Below are positions 29,285 through 40,547 of a stretch of DNA of 64,000 nucleotides, one piece after another. The position numbers and the translations under genes are program-made. This DNA is from a virus. Lineage: Duplodnaviria > Caudoviricetes. The stretch lies in IMG/VR virus record IMGVR_UViG_3300031994_000004; one strand, 5' to 3'. How positions within the stretch are numbered: the stretch's first letter is position 1; each line of letters starts with the position of its first letter. The notes under the pieces are model-generated. The model saw only the letters and a program-made list of their open reading frames with translations, was not told where the DNA came from and made no database searches.

Positions 29285-29632
29285 ATGATGAAAGGATTCC
29301 CTAGAAGAAGTTATTATGGTAAGAGCCACGTTACCCCAACTAGAGGTGGTAATGGAGGTACTGCTCCTGCTACAAAGAAGCAAATAAATTCTTTTGAAGA
29401 AGAATATCAAAAGTTTATTGCTGATTTGAAGGCAAAGAAAGAAGCAGAAGCAAAGAAGGAAGAAACACCAGTTCTCACAGAAGAACCAAAAGTAGAAGCT
29501 GAAGTTATTCCTGAAACTGTAACAACAGTAGCTGAAGATGCTCCAGTTCTCAATGAAGAAGCTCAGCCAAAGAAAACAAAGAAGAAAAAGTCAGAACCTG
29601 TAGCCGAACCAACTATTGATGGTTTGGACTAA
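29285..29632 (+). CDS. FExEYQxFI-motif protein with acidic/Pro-rich tail
   Basis: FEEEYQKFIADL. Confidence 0.6.
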   Translation: MMKGFPRRSYYGKSHVTPTRGGNGGTAPATKKQINSFEEEYQKFIADLKAKKEAEAKKEETPVLTEEPKVEAEVIPETVTTVAEDAPVLNEEAQPKKTKKKKSEPVAEPTIDGLD

Positions 29633-29715
29633 GTTGTTTTTTAATTTGTTTATCTTTTTACAGTGCTCATTTCGGTGGGCACTGTTTTGTATAAATAAAC
29701 CATTGAGGTGATTTT

Positions 29716-31179
29716 ATGAAGAAATACAGTGTATTGATGTATAATTTCAATGATTACGAAATTATGCGAGAACCAAAAGAAGTTGACCCTGAATGTGAAT
29801 ACATTTATGTGACGGACAATCCAAAATACCAGAACGAAACTAAAGTTTGGAAGGTCATTGTAGATAAAGATTTGGAAGGGCTTTCAGCTTTTGATAAATG
29901 TTATAGTGTCCGTTTTAACCTATTTAAATATGCTACAACTCCTGTCTGTATCTATTTGGATGGGTCAGTACAAATTTATAAGAAACTAACTAAATTATAT
30001 AATGATTTCACTAATAGTGGTTGTGAATTAGGTTTGATAATTCACCCACTTAGATTTAGTATATCAAAAGAATATGACATTTGGGAACAGTGTAGAAATT
30101 ATCCTACTGAACAGAAACAGAAATGTTTAAAAGCCATGACTGCTATGGGATATGATTTCAATTACAAAGGTCTTTATGAAATGACTGTTAGAATTGTAAA
30201 GAATACTGACAGAAATAAAATGATAGACCAGGCCTGTTTTGATTTGCTGAAGAAATTAGGAACATCTGACAAAATAGAACGATTAGACCAAACTGCATAT
30301 TCATTTTTAATGAACCACTTGTATAATGATACAAATGTTTTCCCAATGAGTGAGCAGATTATTCATTCGGAATATATGAAATGGTGTTTACATAAGAAAC
30401 CAAATATAAATCCTATACTTGCTAATACTGATAAGCGTAGTGAAGGGTTCTTATTTGATAAATTGGTAAAATTGTACAAAATCTTTGATACAGATTTTAA
30501 GAAATTACCAGTACCAACAGTCAAAAGAGATGCTATTATTAGTATGACTAGCTGGAAGAAACGCATCCACACAGTTCCATACACAATTTATAGCTTATTG
30601 AAAAACTGCCCAGGTTATAAGATAGTTTTGACATTATGTACTGAAGAATTTCCAAATAAAGAAAAAGATTTACCAAAAGATTTGTTAGATATGGCTAACA
30701 ATGATTATGTTGAAATACTTTGGGTTAAAGATAATACTTATACATTTAAGAAAATGTTACCAACAATGAAGAAATACCCAAATGTTCCAATTATAACTGC
30801 CGATGATGGAGTAAGGTATTACAGAAACTATGCTGAAGAATTATATCAAATTTGGTTAGACAATCCTGAGAAGATTATTTCGTATAATAACTGGAAACGA
30901 ATGGGAATAACATTTGGTGGTGGCGGAAGTGGTATTTTGTTCCCACCTAACTGTTTCAAAGAGTATAATTTGACACCAAAGATTATAGAAACAAAACACG
31001 ATGATTTTTATTATGGTTGTTTAGCAAAGAAGGCAGGAATTGACTGGTACATAATAAATGATGTTCCAAGAGATTCTAATTTTGAAAGTATTGACTCAGT
31101 ATATTCTGTATCAAATAAATTCTATATAAACGAAAATGATTTATGTAAAGTTATTTTAGACGAATTGGGGATGAAATGA
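29716..31179 (+). CDS. Fused double glycosyltransferase-like protein (DUF616-like plus GT-A)
   Basis: N-terminal YVTD, YLDGS, HPLR and RLDQ; C-terminal MTSWKKR, KKMLP, ITADD and HDD; terminator plus TATAAATA at 29690. Confidence 0.65.
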   Translation: MKKYSVLMYNFNDYEIMREPKEVDPECEYIYVTDNPKYQNETKVWKVIVDKDLEGLSAFDKCYSVRFNLFKYATTPVCIYLDGSVQIYKKLTKLYNDFTNSGCELGLIIHPLRFSISKEYDIWEQCRNYPTEQKQKCLKAMTAMGYDFNYKGLYEMTVRIVKNTDRNKMIDQACFDLLKKLGTSDKIERLDQTAYSFLMNHLYNDTNVFPMSEQIIHSEYMKWCLHKKPNINPILANTDKRSEGFLFDKLVKLYKIFDTDFKKLPVPTVKRDAIISMTSWKKRIHTVPYTIYSLLKNCPGYKIVLTLCTEEFPNKEKDLPKDLLDMANNDYVEILWVKDNTYTFKKMLPTMKKYPNVPIITADDGVRYYRNYAEELYQIWLDNPEKIISYNNWKRMGITFGGGGSGILFPPNCFKEYNLTPKIIETKHDDFYYGCLAKKAGIDWYIINDVPRDSNFESIDSVYSVSNKFYINENDLCKVILDELGMK

Positions 31180-31601
31180 TTACAGGCAAAAAAGATATAA
31201 GTATAAATGCTGTTGGAAATGGCCCTATTATATTCACAACACCAATAAGTCAATTACCAGATTTGGTAAAGAACTACTTATGGCAGGGTTATTTCAATGT
31301 AGCTGGACAATCATATCCAGATTTGTCATTGAGATGTAAGTCAATAAGACATAATCAAGGTCAGAATGAATTTACTTTGACATTTGACGAATACCAGGAT
31401 ATGTATGCGACAAATACTTTACAAAGTATTTTCCAACAGAACTTACAATTTGATTTTACTTATAAGTTATATGATAGTGCTGTACAAAATCCAATTTATA
31501 CCAAGACATATTATAATGTAATGATAACTGGTATAGATGAATTTGACCTAGACCAGGAATCTGACGGAAAATTAAAAGTGACTGTTCACTGTAAATACTA
31601 A
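31176..31601 (+). CDS. Tail-tube-fold protein (gp19/gp48/gp54-like)
   Basis: FTLTFDEY...Y.NVMITGIDEFDLDQESDG.LKVTV...Y pattern. Confidence 0.45.
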   Translation: MITGKKDISINAVGNGPIIFTTPISQLPDLVKNYLWQGYFNVAGQSYPDLSLRCKSIRHNQGQNEFTLTFDEYQDMYATNTLQSIFQQNLQFDFTYKLYDSAVQNPIYTKTYYNVMITGIDEFDLDQESDGKLKVTVHCKY

Positions 31602-31671
31602 GTTCTAACACAAACAAAATTTATAAACTCGGCTATTGCGAATAGTCGGGTTTTTTGTTATATTAGATTTT

Positions 31672-31881
31672 ATGAAAAAGAAATCACGAAATTTTAAGAA
31701 ATGGGAAAGGTTCCTTAAGAAAGATAAAGACCTTTCACCAGATGTGGATATAGAATTCTGCGCACAACTATTAGCGAACCAGGAAAAGTTTGAAAAAACT
31801 ATTATGGATGTCGCAAAAGAGAACTTTAAAAGGAGCAAAAATGCTAGACGCACTTCAGGCAAAAGAAATCGCAAAAACTAA
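31672..31881 (+). CDS. Basic hypothetical protein
   Basis: ORF at the start of a coupled operon. Confidence 0.45.
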   Translation: MKKKSRNFKKWERFLKKDKDLSPDVDIEFCAQLLANQEKFEKTIMDVAKENFKRSKNARRTSGKRNRKN

Positions 31882-32191
31882 TTTTTCAGCATTGGAAAAT
31901 GATTTGGAGTTAAACAATGAGTATTTTAAGCGCATATCAAATATGGTTGCTGAGCAAGCTAAAAGAAGCCAAACATCAGTAAACATTCCATATTGTGAAG
32001 ACCCACGATTTAATGACATTATGACTGTTCTCAAGTGGAAGGGTTATAAAATCAAGCATTATAGATGTACGAATTGGTGTACATTGTATTATCAGGACCC
32101 TGAATACCAGGAACTTCAGTATGAACCATGTTCAGGCGGAATTAAAAGTACTGGTTTAACAATGGGTGGTTATTTTTCATTGGAGTGGTAA
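31841..32191 (+). CDS. Hypothetical protein
   Basis: SD aggag. Confidence 0.6.
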   Translation: MLDALQAKEIAKTNFSALENDLELNNEYFKRISNMVAEQAKRSQTSVNIPYCEDPRFNDIMTVLKWKGYKIKHYRCTNWCTLYYQDPEYQELQYEPCSGGIKSTGLTMGGYFSLEW

Positions 32192-32192
32192 T

Positions 32193-32399
32193 ATGACACT
32201 AGACGAAGCAATACAACACTGTGAAGAGAAAGCTCAATGTGGAACTGCTTGTGGAATGGAACACAAGCAACTTGCCGAATGGTTAAAGGAATTGAAAATC
32301 CTTCGTGAAGAATACGAAATTAAGTGCCGTATTTTGGATAATGTTCCAACAGATATTGTTGCTGATATTGAAGAGGAACTTGGCTTACACGATGACTAG
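32193..32399 (+). CDS. Conserved-type small phage protein
   Basis: MTLDEAIQHCEE..EHKQLAEWLKELK motif, common in phages. Confidence 0.6.
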   Translation: MTLDEAIQHCEEKAQCGTACGMEHKQLAEWLKELKILREEYEIKCRILDNVPTDIVADIEEELGLHDD

Positions 32400-34403
32400 A
32401 GAAGAATTTAAGAAATTAGAAGCCGCTGAAATAGAAAAAATTTCTAAAGCTTGTCCTAATTATCAAGATTCAGATTCACCTGATGCTTTAAGTGCGAATT
32501 CAAGACTTGCTTATTTTTATTCTCGTATTGTAGATAAATTATTAAAAGAAAACGAAGAATTAAGACAGACAGTTGAACTTAAAAATAAATTGGATGGACT
32601 ATTTAAATGAAAGTAGCACTAATTAGTTATGAACCAGACAATTATGACCCTGATGAACTTGATGATATGCAAGTTGGAGATTTTGACCCAGCCGATGTTC
32701 ATATTTACGATTTGAACAAAGTAGATGAAAAGATGATTGACTATATTGTTTCAATGGCTTGTTCCTGTACCGAACATGGGTTAGGCGTATTAGTAAGGAA
32801 AGTAGAATAATGAAGTATATACAAACTGAAAATAAGTATTGGAGAGTATGGGATAAAGACCCTGAATGGATGCTAGTAAATAAGGCTGGAAGAGTAGTAA
32901 AAGTTGATGAGTGCTACACTAAAGAAATGCTTGAAAAAGAAATTGAATATAACATTAGAGTCTTTCGTTATCTAGCAAAACATAATGAATCAGCTAAATG
33001 GTTACAAGTTAATTCACCTGAAGAAATCCCAGATGATTTATTCCAAGTAGTTCCTTATGACGAACAGAAATGTATAGAGCAAGGTATTATAGAATTTAAG
33101 ACTGAAGAAGAATATAACAAAATCTTTTATCCAAGTGGGAAGGTGATTTAATGAAGTATTTAGTAGGTCATTATTATAATGGTAGCTTTGGTACTGGAAC
33201 TACTGAAGCATATAAGGTTTATGAGGCAAGAAATAAGCACGATGCTGAACGAATGTACCAATATGAATTTGGTTGTTTGGGTGGTGTAATTTGTTCTGTG
33301 TTTAGAAATAAATGTTTGTTCTTGAATAAAGAAATTAAAATAAATTCAAGAGAATTATGTAATATAATTCTAAGGAGTTTGAACAAACAATGAAAAAATT
33401 TTTAGTCAGTTTAACATTTAGATACATTGAAAGTAATCGTGAAACTTATTGTATTTTAGATGAAGAAAAATATAATGAATACAAGCAATTCTTTTGTGTA
33501 TATTGTAAGCCGTTAATTGAAAGTGGTGAATCTTTTGATGAAGAAGGTGAATATGAAGGTACGCCAGGAATTACGATTGAAGAAATTGCTAGAAGTCTTG
33601 AAAACGCAGTAGAAGTAACACCTGAAATAGAAAAAGCATTAAATTTGCTTCGTTTTATTTTACCTTCACAAACTGATGCTTTAGAAAATATAAAACAAGA
33701 AATTTTGGATGAGAAGTACTTGGAAGAATGAAATTTAAATTAGTAGAATACCCTTACGGCAGAGAGATTGGTTTTAACCAAGATACCGTTTGGTTCATAC
33801 AAGGAACAGACGATAATAAGACTTGGTATAATTATATTTGGAGTTATATGGATGGTTCACCTTCTATCATACTGGAAAAAGAAAGGGTATCAAGGACTTG
33901 TCCTCCAATGTCAGCTTTTTTGACAAATGAAGAAGCAAATGAAGTATTTGATAAAATAACTAATTATTACAGAGAACAAACAAAAGAAAATAAAATTCGT
34001 ACATTAAGAGAAATTGAGATTTAACTAAATGAGATACCACGAATTATTAGGATTGTTAGACGATACATTCGCCAAGTACAGAAAGGAAGAAGCAAGTCCT
34101 GATTCCAAATGGACTCCTTATTGCTATTATAAGAATTTGGAAGATACAAAAAACGATTATTCAGTATATGTTGGTTCTAAAGGACTTAGAGAAGAACTAA
34201 TTGCTATCCTTGAACGCTGTGAAAACGAAGAAAATTTTAAGTTCACAGATAAACAATGGGAAGCATTAGCATTAACACTTGAACCAGCTAACACACAACA
34301 TAACGATGATGGTGCTTGGACAGATATAATGTTCAGAGCAAAATATAATTTCATTGAAAGTGTATTTGCTTTTCTAAACACACAGCATGTTATTTTACAT
34401 TAA
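32392..34403 (+). CDS. Run of seven translationally coupled hypothetical ORFs (32392-32610, 32607-32810, 32810-33151, 33151-33393, 33390-33731, 33728-34024, 34029-34403)
   Basis: ATGA/TAATG overlaps; no recognisable motifs. Confidence 0.6.
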
Positions 34404-34412
34404 AGGAGATAT

Positions 34413-34802
34413 ATGCGAGATAAATTTACACCTGAATTTATTGACGAACTAAAAGAAAACGAAGTATTCGTATTTGGTTCAAATAAGGAAGGAAAACATA
34501 TTGGTGGAGCTGCGGCTTTCGCTATGGATAATTTCGGTGCTGTATGGGGTAAAGGCGAAGGTCTATATGGTCAGAGCTATGCGTTACCAACAATGGATGA
34601 CGAAGACCCAAGTTGCATAAAACCTTATGCAGATCGTTTCATTCAATTTGCAAAGGACCATAGTGAATTGACATTCTATGTAACTCCAGTTGGTTGTGGA
34701 ATTGCTGGATTTACACCAAAAGAAGTAGCACCATATTTTAAGGACGCATTGGATATGGATAATGTTATTCTACCAGAATCATTTGTGGAGATTTTACAAT
34801 GA
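34413..34802 (+). CDS. A1S_2505-like (macro-domain-like) phage protein
   Basis: VFVFGSN..G.H.GGAA..A..FGA.WG.GEG..GQSYALPT and VGCGIAG. Confidence 0.7.
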   Translation: MRDKFTPEFIDELKENEVFVFGSNKEGKHIGGAAAFAMDNFGAVWGKGEGLYGQSYALPTMDDEDPSCIKPYADRFIQFAKDHSELTFYVTPVGCGIAGFTPKEVAPYFKDALDMDNVILPESFVEILQ

Positions 34803-36084
34803 GCAATTACAGAAAGACATTTTGGGTAGCTTGGAGTTATCCTATAAAGGGTTTAGAAAGAACTGCCCACGAAATTGCTGATAAGTATCAAGTTGATTGT
34901 CACATTGACTGTGATACAATTAAGACAGGTTGGTTCAGTAAGAAATATGAATACAACATTGTTTACAGTGGCGATAAAGATGCTGTAGAAAAGGCATACG
35001 ATACCATTTATGAGTGTGCTGAAGATTTTCAAGCAAGACTTAATTCATTATAAGGTAAATTATATGACTAACACTGAATACGAAAAACAGAAAGAAGAAC
35101 TAGAAAAAGAATTTGCTTTGAAAAAAGGTAAATTGGCTGAAGAATACCTTAAAGAACACGGTATATTAGACGAAAATGGAAGACCAAAAATGTATACTTC
35201 ATTTGTAGATTGGCCTTCTGCTGATTTATATAATTTAAGAGAAAAATTATTGACACTTGTAAATGCCATAGAAAAACAAATTGGAATTAAAAATCATAAA
35301 GATTGGTAAACTATCACTAGAGAAGAATTTTTAGATAAAGAATGTGAATAATGTAAAGGAAAAACAAATGAATGAAATTTATGTTTTAATTTATCAACCA
35401 CATACTACTATCTATCAGTTTTATCATACTGAAGAAGAAGCACAGAAAACATTAGAAGCATATAAAAAGAATCAGCCAAATTTATATGCGGTTGTAGAAA
35501 AATGGGATATGGTTAAGTTTGCTAATTGGATAGCCAATGAATTAAGTATTATAGGTCAATCTGGTTTTCATATAGGATAAAATATGAACGAAAAACAAAT
35601 ACTAAAACTTATTAAAGAAAAACTTGATTACTATTATCTAAAAGCTGACTATTCACATCCAACAGTCGGGCATGTGTTCATTACTGAAGGTTTACACATA
35701 ATTGTAAATGACGATAAAGAACAGTGTAAGTGGGTTGAATTTAACTCCTTTGATAAAGGACCAAAAATCCGTAAAGTATGTAAGGACGAAAAGTCATTAA
35801 CAAAAGAACTAGACAAGGCATTGTTAGAATTTTACAAAATCAAGCACGAAAGAATAAATGAAGAAAACAAATCTAAACCTGTTCGCAGTTCATTCATAAA
35901 TAAACAGTTATACCGATTGTATTTGTTCGCATTTGACAGTTGGGGCAAACGATTGAAGAAAGGCAAACGAGCCGGTATTTGGAAAACGATAATGGATGAC
36001 GTTTGGGCTGACATTTATGACAGAACTGACATAGATGAACGCTGGAAGATTTACAAAGAATTAACTCCAAAGAAAGGTAAATAA
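34799..36084 (+). CDS. Run of four hypothetical ORFs (34799-35053, 35064-35309, 35368-35580, 35584-36084)
   Basis: Closely packed ORFs with SD-like sequences. Confidence 0.55.
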
Positions 36085-36142
36085 AATTTTACAAAACTTT
36101 ACTAAAAAACCCATTGACAAGCGCAGTGGGTTTTTCTATATT
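36076..36142 (+). promoter_or_regulatory. Early promoter with upstream palindrome
   Basis: GGTAAA-N6-TTTACA, 20 nt, TTGACA(36114)-17-TATATT. Confidence 0.8.
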
Positions 36143-36183
36143 ATAATCACAAACAAAAACCACCATTAACAAGGAGATACAAA

Positions 36184-36393
36184 ATGAAGAAGTTTAAGAT
36201 TACTGTAACTGCCGTTCGTGAATTCACGGTCCCGGATACTGCAACTGACGAACAGTATGACGAACTCAAGGCAGTCGCCATTATGGGTATGAATGAAGAA
36301 AAGATTACCCCGGACAAGGTCAAGGTTGAACTGATTGATGCTCCGGACGAAATCAAGCAGAAGTATATTATCAACAAGGACTGCCAGGACTAA
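36184..36393 (+). CDS. Small hypothetical protein leading the radical-SAM operon
   Basis: SD aaggag; 69 aa. Confidence 0.7.
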   Translation: MKKFKITVTAVREFTVPDTATDEQYDELKAVAIMGMNEEKITPDKVKVELIDAPDEIKQKYIINKDCQD

Positions 36394-36394
36394 A

Positions 36395-37069
36395 ATGAAG
36401 ACTGGAACACGCTTATACATTAACATTACAAATCGTTGTAATACAACTTGTCCGTTTTGTTGTATGTATTCTGGTGAATCCAAATCAACGGAAATGCCAT
36501 TTGAAACTTACAAGCAAATCATTGACGAGACCGATGGCGAATTTGAATTGCAGCTTGAAGGTGGCGAACCACTACTGAATAGAAACATTTATTTGTTCAT
36601 TGAGTATGCTATTAGCACACAGCGCTGTAAGAAGGTCATTGTTTTGTCTAACGGCATTGTTCTCAAGGACAACATTAAACGATTGGTAGAACTGCATAAG
36701 TGGTATAATGTTCCATTTGAGATTAAGGTTTCTGTAAATTATTGGTTGCTCAAGGTCAATAAGAACCATTTACAGAACATTGCTGACATTGTATTTGCGA
36801 CAAATTACATTCCTGGTTTTAGCATTTATTTGAACACTCGCAAGCGTAAAGACGATGCTTGGATTGACGAAGAAATTGCGAAGTACGGACTGTCCGAAAT
36901 CAACCATTCATTCTTCCTTCAAAGTTATGGAAAGATGACTGGAAACAAGAATTACGATGGTGTAACGATTGTACAGAACATTGAGAATTGGAAGGTTTAT
37001 TCTGTGGATGGCAAATGTTTCGGTACAGATTTAGTCGCAAGGTCGGAACACGAAAAGGGCATTAAGTAA
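36395..37069 (+). CDS. Radical SAM protein 1
   Basis: CNTTCPFC; GGEP; SNG. Confidence 0.85.
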   Translation: MKTGTRLYINITNRCNTTCPFCCMYSGESKSTEMPFETYKQIIDETDGEFELQLEGGEPLLNRNIYLFIEYAISTQRCKKVIVLSNGIVLKDNIKRLVELHKWYNVPFEIKVSVNYWLLKVNKNHLQNIADIVFATNYIPGFSIYLNTRKRKDDAWIDEEIAKYGLSEINHSFFLQSYGKMTGNKNYDGVTIVQNIENWKVYSVDGKCFGTDLVARSEHEKGIK

Positions 37070-38007
37070 TGAACACAATTAAGTTCGCACCATACAATGA
37101 TTTTGTGACTGAGCAGCACGATGTAGAAAATGCGTCTGCTTACGAAGCAAATGTGTTTGGTTTCAATGGGAAGTTTTACAACCCGTGTAATTTAAATGTG
37201 TTCATTCAAAACAAGTGCCAAAACGATTGTGAGTTCTGTATAAACAAACGAAATGACAGGACTGACATTGACAATGAACTGTATTTCAAGAATTTAGAAG
37301 CAATTTTGGAAGGAATGAAAGCAGTTCATTTGGAAGCCACAATTACTGGTGGTGAACCAACATTAAATCCTACCCGAATGGTAGAAACGATTAGAATGCT
37401 GCGTAAGTTTGGTGTGAAAGAACGAACAGTTTCTACAACTGGTATAGGATTGATGAATTTGTATGAAAATAAGCCTGTTCTTCAGCATTTGATTGACAAT
37501 GATTATGTTCATAACATTTCCATCAGTAGAATGGATATAACTGATACAGAAAATGCGAATGTTTTGAAGGGTAAGAACATAACGAATGAAGAACTTGCTA
37601 GAATTGCGTTTTATGCCAAGGTCAATGGTGTTCAGTTGAGAACTTCCACGAACATTATTGAAAATCATATTGACAGTTTAGAAAAGATTTTGAATTTTGT
37701 TGATTTCCAGTACACGAACAACATAGATAGTTGCTTGTTTAGAGAAGTCATCGCAAAGGATTTCATTTCTATTGCTCCTTTCCAGGAACAAATTAGGAAT
37801 GACAAGAATTTTGTTTTTGATAAAGCAATTCACGGTATGTTTTATGACATTATCGTTTACATTTACAAGTCACCAGAAACAAATCAGGAATACATTGTAA
37901 AATGTTACCAAACTAATGTGATTGACAAAACTGTGATTGGAACTTTATCTTATAATCAAGGAAAACTTAGAACAGGATTTAACGGAGAGGTACTATATGG
38001 CAATTAA
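37069..38007 (+). CDS. Radical SAM protein 2
   Basis: CQNDCEFC; TGGEP; TTG; ISR. Confidence 0.85.
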   Translation: MNTIKFAPYNDFVTEQHDVENASAYEANVFGFNGKFYNPCNLNVFIQNKCQNDCEFCINKRNDRTDIDNELYFKNLEAILEGMKAVHLEATITGGEPTLNPTRMVETIRMLRKFGVKERTVSTTGIGLMNLYENKPVLQHLIDNDYVHNISISRMDITDTENANVLKGKNITNEELARIAFYAKVNGVQLRTSTNIIENHIDSLEKILNFVDFQYTNNIDSCLFREVIAKDFISIAPFQEQIRNDKNFVFDKAIHGMFYDIIVYIYKSPETNQEYIVKCYQTNVIDKTVIGTLSYNQGKLRTGFNGEVLYGN

Positions 38008-39055
38008 AGTCGGTGCTGACAGAGAAATCGGGTGGAATCCACAGTTGAGATTGGACCGCCAAAAGAACTATGACATTGGCAATTACGAAAGTACGCCTTT
38101 CACATTTGAGGCGGGTAATTACAATGTTTACAAGAACTTCAATTTCAGTATCTTTATGACTGACTATTGTAATGCGGACTGTAAGTTCTGTGTTGCTCAG
38201 TTGCGATATGCTAATAAGGGTCTGATGTATAAGAAGGACAAGCTTGACGATAAAGAATGGCTCAAGCGTTGCCGAGAAGTTCTTGAATTTATCCGTCCAT
38301 TGAATCCGAGCATTTCTATTACCGGTGGTGAACCAACACTCAGCAAGAACTTAATTCCAGTTCTTGAAATGGTGAAGGATTTGGATTTTAGAAAGCGAAC
38401 AATTACCACAAACGGTTCGCAACTGTTCAATAAGGTCGGAAACAAGATGATTATAGACCATCTGATTGACAATGGGTGGAATCATTTGAATGTTTCCCGT
38501 CCTGCAATTAACAATGAACAGTCCAAACAAATTATGCGTTTCAATAACGAGGAAGGTTTCTGTTCTAACGAAATGATGAAGGAAATCTTCCGAATTACGA
38601 ATGAATCTCCAATGAAGCACAGATTGTCTTGCTTGCTCTTGAAGGAATGTGTCAATTCTGTTCCGAAGATGAAGGAATACCTTGATACCTATTTGGATTT
38701 GGGTTGTAACAATTTCATTTTCCGAGAACTTATGGACTATGACAAGGACGCAATTAACTTTGAAAAGACTCAGTATTGCGTTGAGAACAAAGTAAGACTA
38801 AATGACATTTGGGCAGAGATTGACAAGTATCCTGAGTTTGAAAAGTACTTGAACATTCTCGGATATTACTACTATGTGGAAATCTACAAGTACAAGGGAG
38901 CCACAGTTGCTAGTGAATCTGCCAATATGGTTCAGCAGGGGATTGAAGTAGGCAAACATCAGGACCAGGTTTACGAAATGGTATTTCATCCAAACGGAAA
39001 CTTGTGTGCTTCGTGGGTTGATAGCGAAAGGATTTTGGATAGATATGTAAAGTAG
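37997..39055 (+). CDS. Radical SAM protein 3
   Basis: CNADCKFC; TGGEP; TTNG; NVSR. Confidence 0.85.
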   Translation: MAIKVGADREIGWNPQLRLDRQKNYDIGNYESTPFTFEAGNYNVYKNFNFSIFMTDYCNADCKFCVAQLRYANKGLMYKKDKLDDKEWLKRCREVLEFIRPLNPSISITGGEPTLSKNLIPVLEMVKDLDFRKRTITTNGSQLFNKVGNKMIIDHLIDNGWNHLNVSRPAINNEQSKQIMRFNNEEGFCSNEMMKEIFRITNESPMKHRLSCLLLKECVNSVPKMKEYLDTYLDLGCNNFIFRELMDYDKDAINFEKTQYCVENKVRLNDIWAEIDKYPEFEKYLNILGYYYYVEIYKYKGATVASESANMVQQGIEVGKHQDQVYEMVFHPNGNLCASWVDSERILDRYVK

Positions 39056-39099
39056 TAACTTTCATAAATATAATAATCAACATTACAGGAGATTATTAT

Positions 39100-39411
39100 A
39101 TGAAATTGGAAGAAGCTACAAATTTTTTGAAATCCCAGGGCTTTTCACTCATTGATGAAGGTTCAGGTGTTTCTGTTCAGTCTGTTGTCCGTTATTTAAT
39201 GGATAATTACGATTTACAGGAAGACACTGTAACTGTACAGGGAAACGAAATTGCTGTATTGTCAGGAAATGGTAAAGATGGTTTTTTGAAGGTAGTAACT
39301 GGAGACGATAATCAGGTTTACATTGAATTTCTTGATGATAATGGAATTAACAGTATCAAACCAGGTGCTTTGATTACAGATTTATCAGACATTGATGGTG
39401 CTTTAGCCTAA
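39100..39411 (+). CDS. Leader-family protein
   Basis: MKLEEATNFLKSQGFSLIDE; CATAAATA at 39063. Confidence 0.6.
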   Translation: MKLEEATNFLKSQGFSLIDEGSGVSVQSVVRYLMDNYDLQEDTVTVQGNEIAVLSGNGKDGFLKVVTGDDNQVYIEFLDDNGINSIKPGALITDLSDIDGALA

Positions 39412-39479
39412 TTTAAAACAAATTAAATCATAGGTCGCTCTTAATGGGCGACCTTTTTTGTTTTTTGTATAAATACTAT

Positions 39480-39770
39480 ATGAAAATACAAGAAGCACAA
39501 CAGATTTTACACGATAATGGATTTATACTTGAAAACAGACATTTTGATTTGTGGCAGTATAAGTTACAAGTCAAGAAGTTGTTAAAACCAATACAAATTA
39601 AATACGGATATAAGAACTTTGAAGCTATGCGTTCTTACATACAGTGGGAAAGTTATGTGGATATAGTACTTGATACTATGAAAGACAATTTTGAACAAGG
39701 TAACACTCCTGAACAATGTGTTAAACAAATTGAAGAAATTTTAATAGATTCAAGAAAGCACGGTGGTTAA
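39480..39770 (+). CDS. Leader-family protein (possibly leaderless mRNA)
   Basis: MKIQEAQQILHDNGFILE; ATG 4 nt after TATAAATA (39468-39475). Confidence 0.6.
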   Translation: MKIQEAQQILHDNGFILENRHFDLWQYKLQVKKLLKPIQIKYGYKNFEAMRSYIQWESYVDIVLDTMKDNFEQGNTPEQCVKQIEEILIDSRKHGG

Positions 39771-39771
39771 T

Positions 39772-40224
39772 ATGAGATTAGATGAAGCTAAAGAAGTTTT
39801 AAAAGAGAATGGCTATATTGTTGAAAATATATTACAACCAATACAACAAAATGTAAATTTGAAACAATTAAAGAAAAGTATTGATGAACTACAAATGTTG
39901 TATAATGCTTTTTATAATATATCTAACAATATTATAACTTTATTGAATAAAGAGTTTAATAATAGCAACGGTAGATGTGTTGTTGGTAACTATCGTAATA
40001 TGCCTAATACCTGGTATCTTAAAATAGTTCCAAAAGAAGGTGATTATTTAAAAATAGAAGAAGATGAATTTGGTAAATTTGGTGATGGTGGATTATACTT
40101 ATCTTATGAAATAAATGGTAATAAAAATGGTATTTCATTAAAATATGTTTATGGTGACTATGATGATGTAATTAATGATAAGGATAGTTATTTAAATACA
40201 ATTCGTGAAATACTTGAGCAGTAA
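39772..40224 (+). CDS. Leader-family protein
   Basis: MRLDEAKEVLKENGYIVE. Confidence 0.6.
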   Translation: MRLDEAKEVLKENGYIVENILQPIQQNVNLKQLKKSIDELQMLYNAFYNISNNIITLLNKEFNNSNGRCVVGNYRNMPNTWYLKIVPKEGDYLKIEEDEFGKFGDGGLYLSYEINGNKNGISLKYVYGDYDDVINDKDSYLNTIREILEQ

Positions 40225-40259
40225 TAATAGAAAGAACATAAAATTATAGGTAAAACAAT

Positions 40260-40535
40260 ATGCAGTTAGACGAAGCAAAAGAAATCTTGAAGAATAACGG
40301 ATTTCTAGTAGAATATGATATACCGGTCCGTTCAAATGTTAATATAGGTGATAGATTATCACAAATTAAAAAAAGAGATAAAAAAGTCCCTACTAATAAG
40401 GTTTATATTGTTGTAATGGATGGTGGGGAAAATGATGAAGATTATGCCGTTTTTAGGGATATATTAGAAGCCCATAAATGGGGTGATGAAAATTGTAAAA
40501 ATGATTATACTGTAAAAACAAGTAAAATGCTTTAA
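40260..40535 (+). CDS. Leader-family protein
   Basis: MQLDEAKEILKNNGFLVE. Confidence 0.6.
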   Translation: MQLDEAKEILKNNGFLVEYDIPVRSNVNIGDRLSQIKKRDKKVPTNKVYIVVMDGGENDEDYAVFRDILEAHKWGDENCKNDYTVKTSKML

Positions 40536-40547
40536 AAGTTGGTTAAT

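Noticed and set aside
32193-32399. MTLDEAIQHCEE as a member of the capsid-leader family
   Set aside because: It lacks the L-xxx-G-[YF]..E half and a late promoter, and it matches a different common phage motif (EHKQLAEWL).
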